A stretch of 64,000 nucleotides of DNA from Mobula hypostoma (lineage: Eukaryota): the NCBI RefSeq assembly GCF_963921235.1, contig NC_086108.1:90646001-90710000 (forward strand), read 5' to 3'. Shown piece by piece: positions 1 to 12,120 of the stretch. The position numbers were made by a program, and so were the translations under genes. The notes beneath the pieces are model-generated. The model had not been told where the DNA came from. It did no database searches and saw only the letters and a program-made list of their open reading frames with translations. Position 1 is the stretch's first letter. The number at the start of each line of letters is the position of its first letter.

Positions 1-280
1 AGGGGGTAGTTTCAAGGGGGATGTGAGGGGTAATTTTTTTACTTAGAGAGTCGTAGATTCCTGGAATGCACTGCTTGGTATGATAGAGACAAATACATTA
101 GAGGCTTTTAAGAGATGTTTGTATAGGTACATGGTTGTAAGAAAGTTGGAAGGATATGGATATTGTGTAGGTAGGAGAGATTAGTGTTTGGGTGTTTCTG
201 AATTGCTTTTTAGCTGATTTGACACATCATTTTGGGTCGAATGGCCTGCTCCTGTGCTGTTCTGTTCTATGTTCTATGTT
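1..280 (+). mobile_element. CR1 LINE 3' end fragment
   Basis: Degenerate ORF2 C-terminus/3' UTR ending in ttctatgttctatgtt, like the other CR1 copies in the window. Confidence 0.75.
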
Positions 281-1611
281 TAAAATATGTTGTGACATGT
301 AATAAATTCTACAGCTTTTTTCAAATTTGTATGGTTTATACAACAGTGCAATTGGTTGTCTATCTATGATGACAGGAAACCTGTAAGCAGGATAGTCTAG
401 TAAAGGGGAAAAGCCATTGTATCTCGCTGTTGATCTCATCCACCCAGCCACTGGACAGGCATGTCTCTGTCTTACTGGGGTATGAGGTCTGCCGGCTGGC
501 TTCATCCGGTTTAGCCTGCCTTTTGAAGCGGTGTACCAGGGTGTCACTGCCATCACATGCAGACAGCTACTTGGAGCCACAGCTGAGAGCTGAGCATCCG
601 GTGGGGACCAAAGATGAGTGAGCTGCCCCAGAATGGACATAGAAAATCCATTCACCAGAGATGCTAGCCCTCCCTGGATACTCTAACCCCCTATGCAATA
701 TTAATGAAATAAGAAATGAGTATTTTTTTTTAACTTGAGTGTCTATTCCCTTGAAAACTCCAGTTGTAAATGGGAACATTCTTATGGCTCACAAGTTGAT
801 TATATTTTCTTTGCAAAATCCTGCAATTCCACTGGAGGGTTAAGTGACCCAGGATCAGCGTCGTCTCCCAAGCCAACATCCCATCTTCAAATTGTCCTCA
901 GCTGATTCCAGTAGATGAACTGCACTGTCTGCATGCTGGACATCAGACATTCAAAGCGGTTCAGAAAGTCACTCTACTCTGAGTTTGATTGTGGCAAAGG
1001 ATTGGCTTACCAGGTGGCTAGAGAAAATCATTCAAAGATCTTCTGAAAGAATCCTTGGATAAAATGTGAGATTCTCACCAGCTTCTGCCAATCTATTCCT
1101 TGTGGCCACTCAAAACGAAAGAGCATCTATAGTGTACTTGAAACCCCTGGCACTCTTTGTCAAGTAAAAATGCACACCATCTTCCTTACCTGCCATCCAC
1201 TCACCCCATAAAAAATGTTAATTATGGATGGATACCTTTCTGACCAGAGCAATCCCCTGTGCAGTTTGCTCTGTCTAGAGTTTGCTGCACAGCTATATCA
1301 AAACACAGAGAAGGAAAATGAGTCAAGAGAGTAAATTGCTCAGTTTACTGTCTCTACTCACTTCCCTTTGTTTTTTTTGGTGGCACTTTCCTAAACCAAG
1401 GGGTGATATGCAGTTCACCTCTTTTAGATGTGGGAGTAAACTGGCTCATGCAGCAGACACTTACGCAGTCTTGAAGAGAATGTACTAATCCTTGTGAACT
1501 GCACGTGTGCTCGGGTTCAATCCCAGTTTCCTGGATCTGTGCCACTGTGAAGCCTCTGGTAGAATTGCCAGACTCAAAGGCAGCTTCTGCCTCACTGTTA
1601 TCATACTCTTG

Positions 1612-1730
1612 GATTGAATGCTGGAGGAACTCAGCAGGCCAGGCAGCATCTATGGAAAAGAGTACAGTCAACATTTCAGGCTGAGACCCTTCATCAGGAC
1701 TGATTTCTGGCATCTGCAGATTTTCTCTTG
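1612..1730 (-). mobile_element. Penelope-like pseudo-LTR fragment
   Basis: Similar to the terminus of the GIY-YIG element at 19448-20412; carries a hammerhead motif. Confidence 0.75.
1665..1702 (-). ncRNA. Minimal type I hammerhead ribozyme motif (CpG-decayed)
   Basis: Minus strand reads CAGTC-CTGATGA-AGG-gtctcag-CCT-GAAA-TGTT-GACTG. Confidence 0.7.
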
Positions 1731-1924
1731 TTTGCCCTTGAATTGCCCCCTCATCTGCTAAAGAATGATTTCCTGATCTCCCAATCTGCATTCTCGTGGC
1801 CCTTACACTTCATTTTTCCTCTTGCATTGCACTTTCTCTGTATCCCTTTCTTTTTATTTCCTTATTGTAATTATGTGTGGCATGAACTGTCTGGATGGCA
1901 CACAAAAGAAAAGCTTTTCGCAAG

Positions 1925-2225
1925 GGCAGCGGGGTAGCCTAATGGCTACGGCAATGCTTTACAGTCCCAGGGATCAGAAGATCTCTCTACCTTCCTTTGT
2001 ATGTTTTCCCTATGACCGCTTGGGTTTCTTCTGGGTGCTCCGGTTTCCTTCCTCATTCCAACGACATACAGCTTCGGGTTAGTAAGTTGTGGGCACGCTG
2101 TGTTGGCACCAGAAGCACAGTGACACTTGCGGGCTGTCCCCAGCATGATCCTTGGACTGTGTTGGTTGTTGACACAAGCATCACATTCCATTGTATGGTT
2201 TGATGTACAAGTAACAAATAAAGGT
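1925..2225 (+). mobile_element. tRNA-derived SINE (HE1/V-SINE-like)
   Basis: tRNA-like head and central tgggtttcttctgggtgctccggtttcct motif, shared with 48774-49070 and 55793-56360. Confidence 0.65.
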
Positions 2226-5200
2226 AATTTTAACTTATCTCAGTACATGTGATAATGATAAACTAATGCCAATACCAGTGAACTTATCTGTCTCCTCCAC
2301 CACCTCAGAACTCACAGAAATTGCGAAGGAAGTAATCATCTTGCACCTTAAGGGTCTGTCTACAAGAGGGTTGATGTTCTGATGTTGGCATTGAGAATCA
2401 CCATTGACCAATTCAAACAAAGTACTTAGATGAAGGCTTCTGTAGTTTATATAATTATGTTTTGGTCTTGAGTGAAGCAAATATAAACGTGTTACTATCG
2501 TGACTTTTACACAATCATTTGACATGTATATGGTTGACTGAAAAGTTATATGAAGTGCAAAGTGAATGCAGTAAAATCGTACGTTGTCGGAACACACATC
2601 ATTGTGGAGCAGACTCAATGGACCAAATTCTGCTTCTTTGTCTTGTGTTAGACTTTCTCCCTTCTCTTTGTTTTGCACAGCTGTGAGTGTGCAGGTAACT
2701 GGGCATCTTGTACCTTGGTGTCAAAAAGGTTCACAACCAGTTAAGATTATAGATGGAATTAAACCAAGTCAGCGGTGACTTTTCCCTTTAAAAAATGCTC
2801 TTCCTGAGTTGGAATGTTCTGCCAAACATAACTCTTTGAGGACGGGTAGCTGTTTTTTCTTGGCTCGTGATGAACTAGTATAAATAGCCCTTCAATTTAT
2901 GTAATAAGCTTGCTGCCATTTTAGCAAACAATTCAAGGGTGTTGTATCACCGATTTTCCCCTTGATAAAACTCGCCATCTCTGTCCAATAATATTTGTTC
3001 CTTTGCAGCAAATGATCCCTTCATCATCACTGTTCTTTTCTCCCAGAGAAGAGAAGATCCTGACCCCTCTACACAGAGCGACATTTCACTCAGGTGCTCA
3101 TTCTGTTTGGGAAATATTAATAACAGAGCACAAAATTCTAACATATTAATTACAAACACCAATTGGGCTACTGAGAAAGAAAATCCAATTAACTAGTCGT
3201 GCTTCAAAGTCTGAATATTTATTAGGCATAAATGCCACATTCATACCAGCAGACTAAATTTGAACTTGTTTAATATGTCATTATTGAAATTAGTATGCAT
3301 ATCATCCTGAGGAATATTTGCGTAGAAATTCAGTGGAATGATCTTGGCGTTCGAGTGCATTGTACCACATTTCATGCTACTAAGGGGAGATGAATTTCTG
3401 CACAAGTGTGTGTTACTACCAGTGAATAAATCAGTGCTATTATGGAAAATAGTGTGGGGGAAAAATCTCTTTTATGGTTGAATGAACAGTGTTCTGAATT
3501 CATACGTCGATAGATGCTGGATGTTTGAATTCTACAGGACTTTGTTACATCTCGGCAGCACATTATAATAATGTGCAATGAACAGAAGAAACTCACTAAC
3601 CTCAAGCCTCTTCTTCCTTTGAGTTGGTTCATGGGTGGTTTAACATTTAATTCCATTTATCTGCCCATAGCCTGTATCACCTGATGCCTTGTAATGATAT
3701 CTTTCTTGAAAATTTCAATTTCTGAATTCCTTAATGAAAAAGTTCTAGAGTTTCACTATCCCATTTGGGAAAACTGTTTCCCAGCTTCACTCCTAAATAA
3801 CCTAGATTGAATTTTAAGTTTATATTCCCCTACTTTTAATTTTATCCACCAGAGGAAGTTGCCAAACTGTCAATCCTTTTGTTCATTTCAGTTAGATAAT
3901 GCTTACCTTTCTAAATTCAAGAAACTAGAAGTCAAATATATGGAACAGTCATTATAATATAAAACTGCAGAGGCAGGCTATGCTTCAATGGGGAGGCATT
4001 GTAAGTTTAGAAGGGTGAGTTGCAATTATAAGGATACATAATTTTAATTCACTTTTTTTTTTAGCTTTTGTGGAAAATGGAGGGAGGAATAAAGAAATCT
4101 CTGAAATGGAGCATAACAAATGAAGGGGAACCTCTGCCTTAAAACGAGGTTTCATTCCCAGCAATCTGGCAACCTGTTGTTTCAGAATTTGTTTTTTACA
4201 GCAAGCAATTCTAGTTTTCTGGGAAAAACGAAGTCCTAAGGTACAATAAAACTTCAAAATACTGTTTAAAGCTTTGCTATAATAATGCATTTTCTTGGTG
4301 AAAATATATATTAAGCACTGTTTCAAAACTTACCTTGTTTGATTTAAACTTTGGTAAATTAAGTTGGTAAATTGGTTTATTGTCACATGTTCTGAGATTC
4401 AGTGAAAAATTTTGGTTTGAATGACATGCATACAAATTGTTTCATCACATCATTGCATTGAGATAGTACAAGGAAAAGCAATAATAGAATGCAGAATGAA
4501 GTGTTACAATTATAAAGAAAGCGCAGTACAGATAGATAATAAGATGGAAGGGCATAACAAGGTAGACTGTGAGGTCAAGAGTCTAGGGGACCATTCAATA
4601 GATTTGCAACAGCAGGGTCGAAGCTGTCCTTATGCCTGGTGAGACAAGCTTTCAGGCTTTTGTATCTTTTGCCTGACAGGAGGTGGGGTGAGGGAGAGAG
4701 CTTGTCCGGGGTTGTTGGGTCTTTGATTATGCTGGCTGCTTTACCGAAGCAATGAGAAGTGTAGACAAAGCCCTATTGACAAAAATATCTAGCAAATGTT
4801 CTTTATTAAGCATAAAAGGGTTCCTGAAGTTTACAGAAAATGCTGGAAATGCATATGTTTTGCTTTGGATGGCATGGTGTAATGACAGGATTTTCCGAAT
4901 CAAATCATTCATTTATTTCTCTTTGAAATTCACCTGGATCAGCTTCCATATATATTCACTAAACTGGCTTCTGAGCTTCTATGTGTCCACGAACATACTT
5001 TTGTAATCCTTGTACAGTTTACAACTTGCTGGCTGAATATGCAGACCAACTATTCATGATTTGAGTTTATGAGACAAACTCATATACTGTTATACAGAGA
5101 GGAGTGACAATGTACAAAAGCAGAGAAATTAGGTTTAAGCTCAATGAGACACTGGTTGTGCCACCATTAAAAAGATATGAATGTCCTAGAGAGGGGCTGG

Positions 5201-6719
5201 ACAAATGAATGGAAATGATTACAGGGCTGAATGAATGAACAAAATTAGGCAAGAAGATCTGGAGATTGTTTACCTTTGGGCAAAGAAGGATGAGAGGAGA
5301 TTGATCAAAGTGTACAATATCATAATAGATTTAGATGTGGTTAAAAGTAGGAAATGCTTCCCATTCATTTCTATACAGACCTGGAATAGTAGTGGTGGAA
5401 ACAGATACAACAGTGGTATTTATTGTTAGATAGACACATAAATATGCAGGAAATAGACATTTACAGATCATGTACAGGAAGAAGAGATTTAGTTTAATTC
5501 AGAATTGTATTTGACACAGTTGTTTTTAGCCAGAGAATGGTAAATCTGTGGAATTCATTGCCACAAGTGACTATGGAGGCCAAGTCATTGGGAATATTTA
5601 AGGCAGAGCTTAATAGATTCTTGATTAGACAGGGCATGAAGAGTTAAGGAGGGAAGGCAGGAGATCGGGGCTGAGAGGAAAATTGGATCAGCCATGATGA
5701 AATGGCAGGGCAGAACAGATGGGACAAGTGGCCTAATTCTGTTCCTATATCTATATCTTACCTTAGGCTAAAGGGCATGTTCCTGTGCTGTACTATTCTA
5801 TGTTCTATGATAAGAGAAGGACCAGGCAACATTCAAAAGCAATAGTTACAGCGGACATGAAAAGAAAATTGTTTGTACAGAGAGTATCTTAGTGATATGA
5901 AACTCACTGTCAGGTGGGTTGGAGGAAGAAGAGTCAATCAGGACTCTCAAATGAGAATTGAACTGCTCTGAGGGATACAAATTTGCAGGACCAGGTGGAA
6001 AGAGTGGAAGAATGCAATTGAATAGAAACTCTCATAAACCGTACTGTGACAGTTCTATGATTCAATGATTTAAACCAAGTCAAGATAACATGATTAAATT
6101 TGAAAGCATGATCAATATTTTATGTGACCAGTCTGAGTAAATTTTAAATGTATATTGGAAGTACTAGAACTTGAACCCCTGAATCGCTAACTTACTAAAC
6201 CAGGAAATGGTTCCCTGAAAGTTTACAGGAAGTCAGTCATACAAGTCGATTATAATGCCATATTTTGGTGGAGATTGACAAAGTTTAGGTGGTTGGTAGC
6301 TTAAGTCCATTGGTACAATGCCTAACTGTAATCAGATTTGGATGTAAAATTTGCAAGACTTCAGGAAAAATATTCTGCACCTAATTGTGGCATAGTGTAA
6401 TATCCACCAGAGCTACTGTTTCACAGCACCAGCAACCCAGGTTCAGTCCTGATCTTCAATGCTCTCTGTGTGGAGTTCGCACGTTCGATCTATGATAGAG
6501 TTTATGGAAGCTCCAATTACATCCTGCATCCCAAAATATGTGTTGCTTGGCACACATGTGAATTTCCCTTTTTATGGACGAATCTGGAGGAAGTTGATGA
6601 GAAGGTGAACAAATTAAAGAATCAGTATCAGGCTTCAAATCACTAACGTGTCATGAGATTTATTGTTTAGTGGCAGCATACAGTGCAATATATAAAAATA
6701 CTCAACATTACACACACAC

Positions 6720-7268
6720 ACACAGTGCAAAAGTTTTAGGCACTTATATATAGCTAAGGTGCCTGAGACTTTTGCACAGTACTGTATTTGTCAACATGAA
6801 GTGGAGAGCGAGTGAGCGAGTTTGTAAATCCAGTGGGAGCAAAGGATGTTGGAAATGACGAGGGTGGAGCACTGTGGGAGGAGTGTGGGACAGGTGGCAG
6901 AGAAGGGGTGCTAGGGGTGTGGAGATAGAGCGGGTGCAGACACGTCCAGCCCTGAAAGACCAGGCAAGGTTATTTGATTCCAAACACTTGGCTTATTGAT
7001 CATGACAGAATGTCTTTCTTGTCCTTCTCTCTCCCTTCCCCCTTTTTACAACTATGATTTCCCTCTCCCTGCCCCCTTCCCACTTTCAGTCCATAATATA
7101 GATCCATATCAGAATCAGGTTTATCATCACTCACATATACCATGGAATTTGTTTTGCAGTACAGTGCAATACATAAAATAACTATAGTATTGTGCAATTT
7201 CTTAGGCACTCTAACTATATATATATATTATGTGTGTTTGTGTGTGTGTAAGATTTTTCACAGTACTG
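6720..7268. mobile_element. Tc1/mariner-derived MITE
   Basis: Repeated gtgcaaaagt(c/t)ttaggcac / ttttgcacagtactg terminal motifs in inverted and direct arrangement, in a TA/CA-rich site. Confidence 0.55.
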
Positions 7269-7279
7269 CGTATATACAG

Positions 7280-8010
7280 TATATGTATAATAAGTAGTGC
7301 AACAGAGAGCAAAAATAGTGAGGAAGTGTTGATGGGTTGGTTTATTCACGGTTCAGAAATCTGATAGTGAAGGCAAAGAAATGTTGAGTGTGTCACTTCA
7401 TGTTCCTTTACCTCCTCCCTGATGGTAGTAATAAGAAGAGAGCATATCCTGGTTAATGGAGATCCTTAATGATGGATGCCATCTTCTTGAGGCATTATCT
7501 TTTTAAGGTGTCCTTGTCGCTGGGGGGGACTCGTGCCCATGATGGAGCTGGCTGAGATTGTAATCCTCTGCAGCTTTATCCAATCCTGTGCAGTGGCTCC
7601 TCCATAGCCGATGGTGATGCAACCTGTCAGAATGCTGTCTACACCCATCTGTAGAAATTTGCTCGTGTCTTTGTTGACATACTAAATCTCCTCAAACCCC
7701 TGATGAAGTATAGCTTCTGGTAGAGCCTCCTTCACAATTGCATCGATATATTGGGCCCAGGATAGATCTTCAGAGATGTTGACACCCAGGAAATTGAAAC
7801 TGCTCACCTTTTCCATTGCTGACCTCTCAATGCGAACTGGTGTGTGTTCACTCGACTTCCCCTTCCTAACGTCCACAGTCAGTTCATTGGTTTTACTGAC
7901 TTGAATGAAATGGTAATGTTGTGATACCACTCAACCATCCAGACTATTTCACTCTTGTGCACCTTGTCAATATCTGAGATTCTGCCATAAATCATTGTGT
8001 CGTTGGCAGA
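7280..8010 (-). mobile_element. Rex1/Babar-like LINE 3' remnant
   Basis: Degenerate ORF pieces (SILTGCITI, FNFLGVNISEDLSW) homologous to 53925-55790. Confidence 0.7.
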
Positions 8011-8568
8011 TTGGTTTAGTTTTGTATTAATGTAAATGGGTGCTTGATGGTTAGGGTCACAACTGTAGAGCCATTATTGTTTATGTTGCTATTCGGCTGC
8101 ATTTCACTGGTTCCTTGGTATTTGAGTATAATTTGCAAACAGCTGGTTTGTTGTAAACTAAGCCGTAATAGTTGTCAAATTATTGCTTATGACTTATCAA
8201 AATATTCTGGGCTTTTACATTTGATTTTTTAAAATGCTTTATTACAGAAGTATAATGAAATCAAATTAATCTATATTCTTTGATCTGATATATTGGTCAC
8301 GTTAATTATTGGAATTGTTTTTAATAATATGTTTCAGTTTAACACATACAAGATTGAAAGAATATTCTCCTGATTTGCTCCTAGGAGCTGTTTTCTTGTT
8401 GCTACATGTTAAGGATACAGATGTAGCTGGTTTTAGGCCAAGGTGAAATTTGTTGTCTGTTGGGATTTTTTTCATGCTTCACAGAAATGTGAATTCACTT
8501 CTTCGTCTTGTTCATTTGGTGGGAGGAGTCATTTTTTATCTCAGCTGGATTCAAACAATTTTTTGTAA

Positions 8569-8730
<162 letters not shown>

Positions 8731-9214
8731 TAAAGCTTACCAAAATTAAATTCCTGAAGCGAAGCCGCAAGAACCTAACCAGTTCAAGAGGTTGACTTTT
8801 GGATGCCATGGGATTAGTAATGGGGTGGTAAACCTCAGGTCAAACACATCCATTTTATTTCTGTTCTGTTGAGGATTGAAAATTTTTCTCAAGATGTGCA
8901 CAGCTCCCATTGACCTGTGAGCTTTGTGGCATTAAGGAATTTGCTTCTGGATGAAAATCTAACCAGAAATGATTCCTCATTTACATCAGAAATGTTGAAT
9001 GTACTATTTATTTGTCCAAAAGAGCAAGCTGATAAAACAAAACACCCAGGAATCCACTAAGGATAACAATCTAATATATATATTTTCTTTAATTCAGTTT
9101 GTTCTAATTTAAAACAGAACAAATTCTTTCAAAATAGCTGGTATCTTAACCAATAGAAGCAGCAATAAAATAAGAGATTAGAACTAGTCCACTTGCATAT
9201 CATAAGTATAACCG

Positions 9215-9440
9215 ATTCTACAGATACCGGAAATCCAGAGTAACACTTATAAAATATATACACAGCATTTATAGATAGGAATAAAGAGCTGATGTTTCTG
9301 GCTGAGACCCTTCATCAGAATGTGATGATCAGTCATCAGGAGTACTGATAAAGGGTCTTGGTCCAAATTATTGGCTCTTTATTCCGCTTCATAGATGATC
9401 CCTGATCTGATGAGTTCCTCCAGCATTTTGTGTGTTTTAC
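9215..9440. mobile_element. Inverted pair of Penelope pseudo-LTR fragments
   Basis: gagacccttcatcag on the left arm and ctgataaagggtctt on the right arm, followed by gagttcctccagcattttgtgtgtt. Confidence 0.65.
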
Positions 9441-10142
9441 GTGATTTGCATATGTTTTTATGCACTGGTTGCACACTAACGCATGTTTCCCCAAGTTATG
9501 CTATAGGTATGACCACTTCTGAGTGAAACTGAACCCATCAGAATATGGCTCCAAGCAGTCTTAGCATGGCTGATGCATTCATGACATCAATCATGCATCA
9601 AATGATATCAGAGGTGATGCAGCATTCATTTCCATTATTAATGGCATAAATTGGAGCACTTAGGTGCAACTTATGTTGTTTGTACACCTATAAAAAATAA
9701 CAAATGCAGTGATCATCAATAACATGTCAATTGAAACATCCATGATATAGACGAGTGGTGTGTTGCAGCGGCAGGTTCTGTGTTTATTGTTGTTTGTCAT
9801 TTACATCAATGATTTGGATAAAAATGTACATTGCATGGTGAGTAAACCTACAGATCACACTAACGTACGTGGTATGGTAGATGAAGAAGGTTATCAAAAA
9901 TTACAGGAGCATCTTGATGAGCTGAGTTAAGTAGGCCAAGAAATGGCAAGTGGAGTTTAATTCGGATAAGTATGAGGCATAACATCATTGAAAATCAAAT
10001 CCAGGTAGGACTTCCTCAGTGAATGGCAGTTCCTGGGGATTGTTGTAGGACAGAGGGACCTTGGAGTAGAAGTGCCTGTTCCCTGCAAGTGGAATCACAG
10101 GTGGGAACGGTGGTGAAAAAGGCTTTGGGAATGCTGACCTTC

Positions 10143-10371
10143 TGAAGCTCCTTCAATTACTCCAAAAGACTGAGGTTTGGTAAAATACTGAAAGGCTTTT
10201 ATTCGCTGTACAATACGACCTCCACAGTGAGTGTCTGCCCCCGGACAGAGGGGGAGGGGCAAGGCGAACACCTTTATACAGGACTCTGTGGGAGGAGCCA
10301 CAGGGGCAGTCAGCAGAGGGGTGTGCCCAGACAGTTAACCCAGTTACAACATATATACATGGTTTACCACA
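10143..10371 (-). mobile_element. Solo LTR, 229 bp
   Basis: TG...CA termini; perfect 5-bp TSD CCTTC (10138-10142, 10372-10376); TATAAA then AATAAA on the minus strand. Removing it restores the CR1 sequence. Confidence 0.85.
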
Positions 10372-10887
10372 CCTTCATAAGCTGGGATGTTGAGTATAAA
10401 AATTTGGAGGTAATGGTGAGGTTGTGTAGGATACTGGGGAGGTTGCATTTTTGTCACCTTGCTATAGGAGAACTGTTGTTAAAGTGGAGAGAGTACAAAA
10501 AGATTTACAAAGATGTTGCCAGTACTTAAGGCACTGAGTTATAGAGAGAAGTTAGACGGGCTAGTGCTTTATTCCTTAGAGAGTAGGAGACTGAGAGGTA
10601 TATAAAATCATGAGAGGAATAGATGGGGTGAATGTACTCAAGTCTTTTTCTCAGCATCAGGATACCAGGAACTAGTGGTCATGGGTTTAAGGTGAGAGAG
10701 GGAAGATTTACTAGGAAGTTGAGGGGCAGATTTTTTACACAAAGGGTAGTACCGTTGTGGAATCAGCAGCCTGGGGAAGTGGTTAAAGTAGGTGCAATAC
10801 CAAATTTGAAAAGATAGCCGGACAGCTACAGTACATTGATTGGAAAGGTTTAGAAAGGCCAAACATTGGGAAATGGGACTAGTGCAT

Positions 10888-12120
10888 CTTCTTCAGCAGT
10901 ATAGTGACTCAAGTGACCCGAAGGTGGCTAGAGCAGGGATCCAAGTAAGTACTGGCAGGAAGTGGAGGGCAGAGGAAGCTGTTCAGGAGGCAGAGGCGAG
11001 GCTGCGTCACAGGAGGCTGGTGGGAGTGGTCACATGAGGCCGAGCTGGGCTAGGATCCTTTCCAACTCCCCAAATGGACACCAGAGGGAAGGAAAGGCGT
11101 CGTCCAGTTCAGGAGGAGGTGAGGGCAGTAGTGGAGGAGATGAGAGCCTGCAAGGCGGTGGGAATGAAGCAACAGGGAGCTTGGACAAGATGGGAGAATG
11201 CGGTTGAGAGGGAAGTGACCTAGGCTGATCTTTGGAAAGCCGAACCACACCACATCCAATTTCTCATCCAGGCAGTGTACGATGTGCTTCCAAGCCCATC
11301 AAACCTGCACACATGGGGCGTGCCCACTGTGCTCCAAGCGAGGAACCCTGGAGCACATCCTCAGCGGCTGCGCAAGGGCACTTGGTGAGGGACAGTACAG
11401 GTGGAGGCATGATCAGGTCCTGAAGACCATCGCTGAAGCCGTCAGCGCAGGAGTTGAGTGGGCGAAGCGGTCCCGACCCTCCAACCAGACCGTTACCTTT
11501 GTCAGAGCTGGGGAGCAGCCAATACCCGCCAATAGAACATCTGCAGGCATCCTGACCTCTGCAAGGGACTGGCAGCTGTTGGTAGACCTCGAAGGGCAGC
11601 TGAAGTTCCCCAGCCATATCGCAGCCACCACCCTGCGACCAGACATTGTCCTAGTGTCTGAGTCTACTAAGCAAGTGGTGCTGCTGGAGCTGACAGTCCC
11701 ATGGGAAGATCGCTTGGAAGAGGCCTTTGAAAGGAAGCTCTCCAAGTACGCAGGACTGGTCAGCAACTGTCAGCAGGCTGGATGGAGAGCGAGGTGTCTC
11801 CCAGTGGAGGTTGGTTGTAGGGGATTCGTAGCCCGTTCTTTAGTTAGAGCCTTCAGCATTTTGGGCATCGAGGGAGAGAGGAAGAGGAGAGCCATCCGCA
11901 GTACCACCGATGTGGCAGAGAGGGCCTCAAGATGGCTGTGGCTCAAAAGAGGGGAGCCATGGAGTCATAAGTAGCTAGCCATCTGGACACAAGCTGGGGT
12001 CTGATCAGCCCCGGCTGGGTCACCTGGAGGAGGTTGTATGATGTTGAAAGTCCTGAAACACCCGATGATTCCAGGAACATCACTGAAGATGTGTCCAGAA
12101 GCATCAATAGATGTATGTAC
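10888..12120 (+). mobile_element. 5'-truncated HERO-type non-LTR retrotransposon (restriction-like endonuclease)
   Basis: ORF 11282-11974 has a CCHC knuckle (CPLC...HILSGC), then YRWRHDQVL, RPDIVL, ELTVPWE, KLSKY and PVEVGCRG, the PD-(D/E)xK RLE motifs. The upstream frame has stop codons. Clade assigned from recalled motif similarity. Confidence 0.85.
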
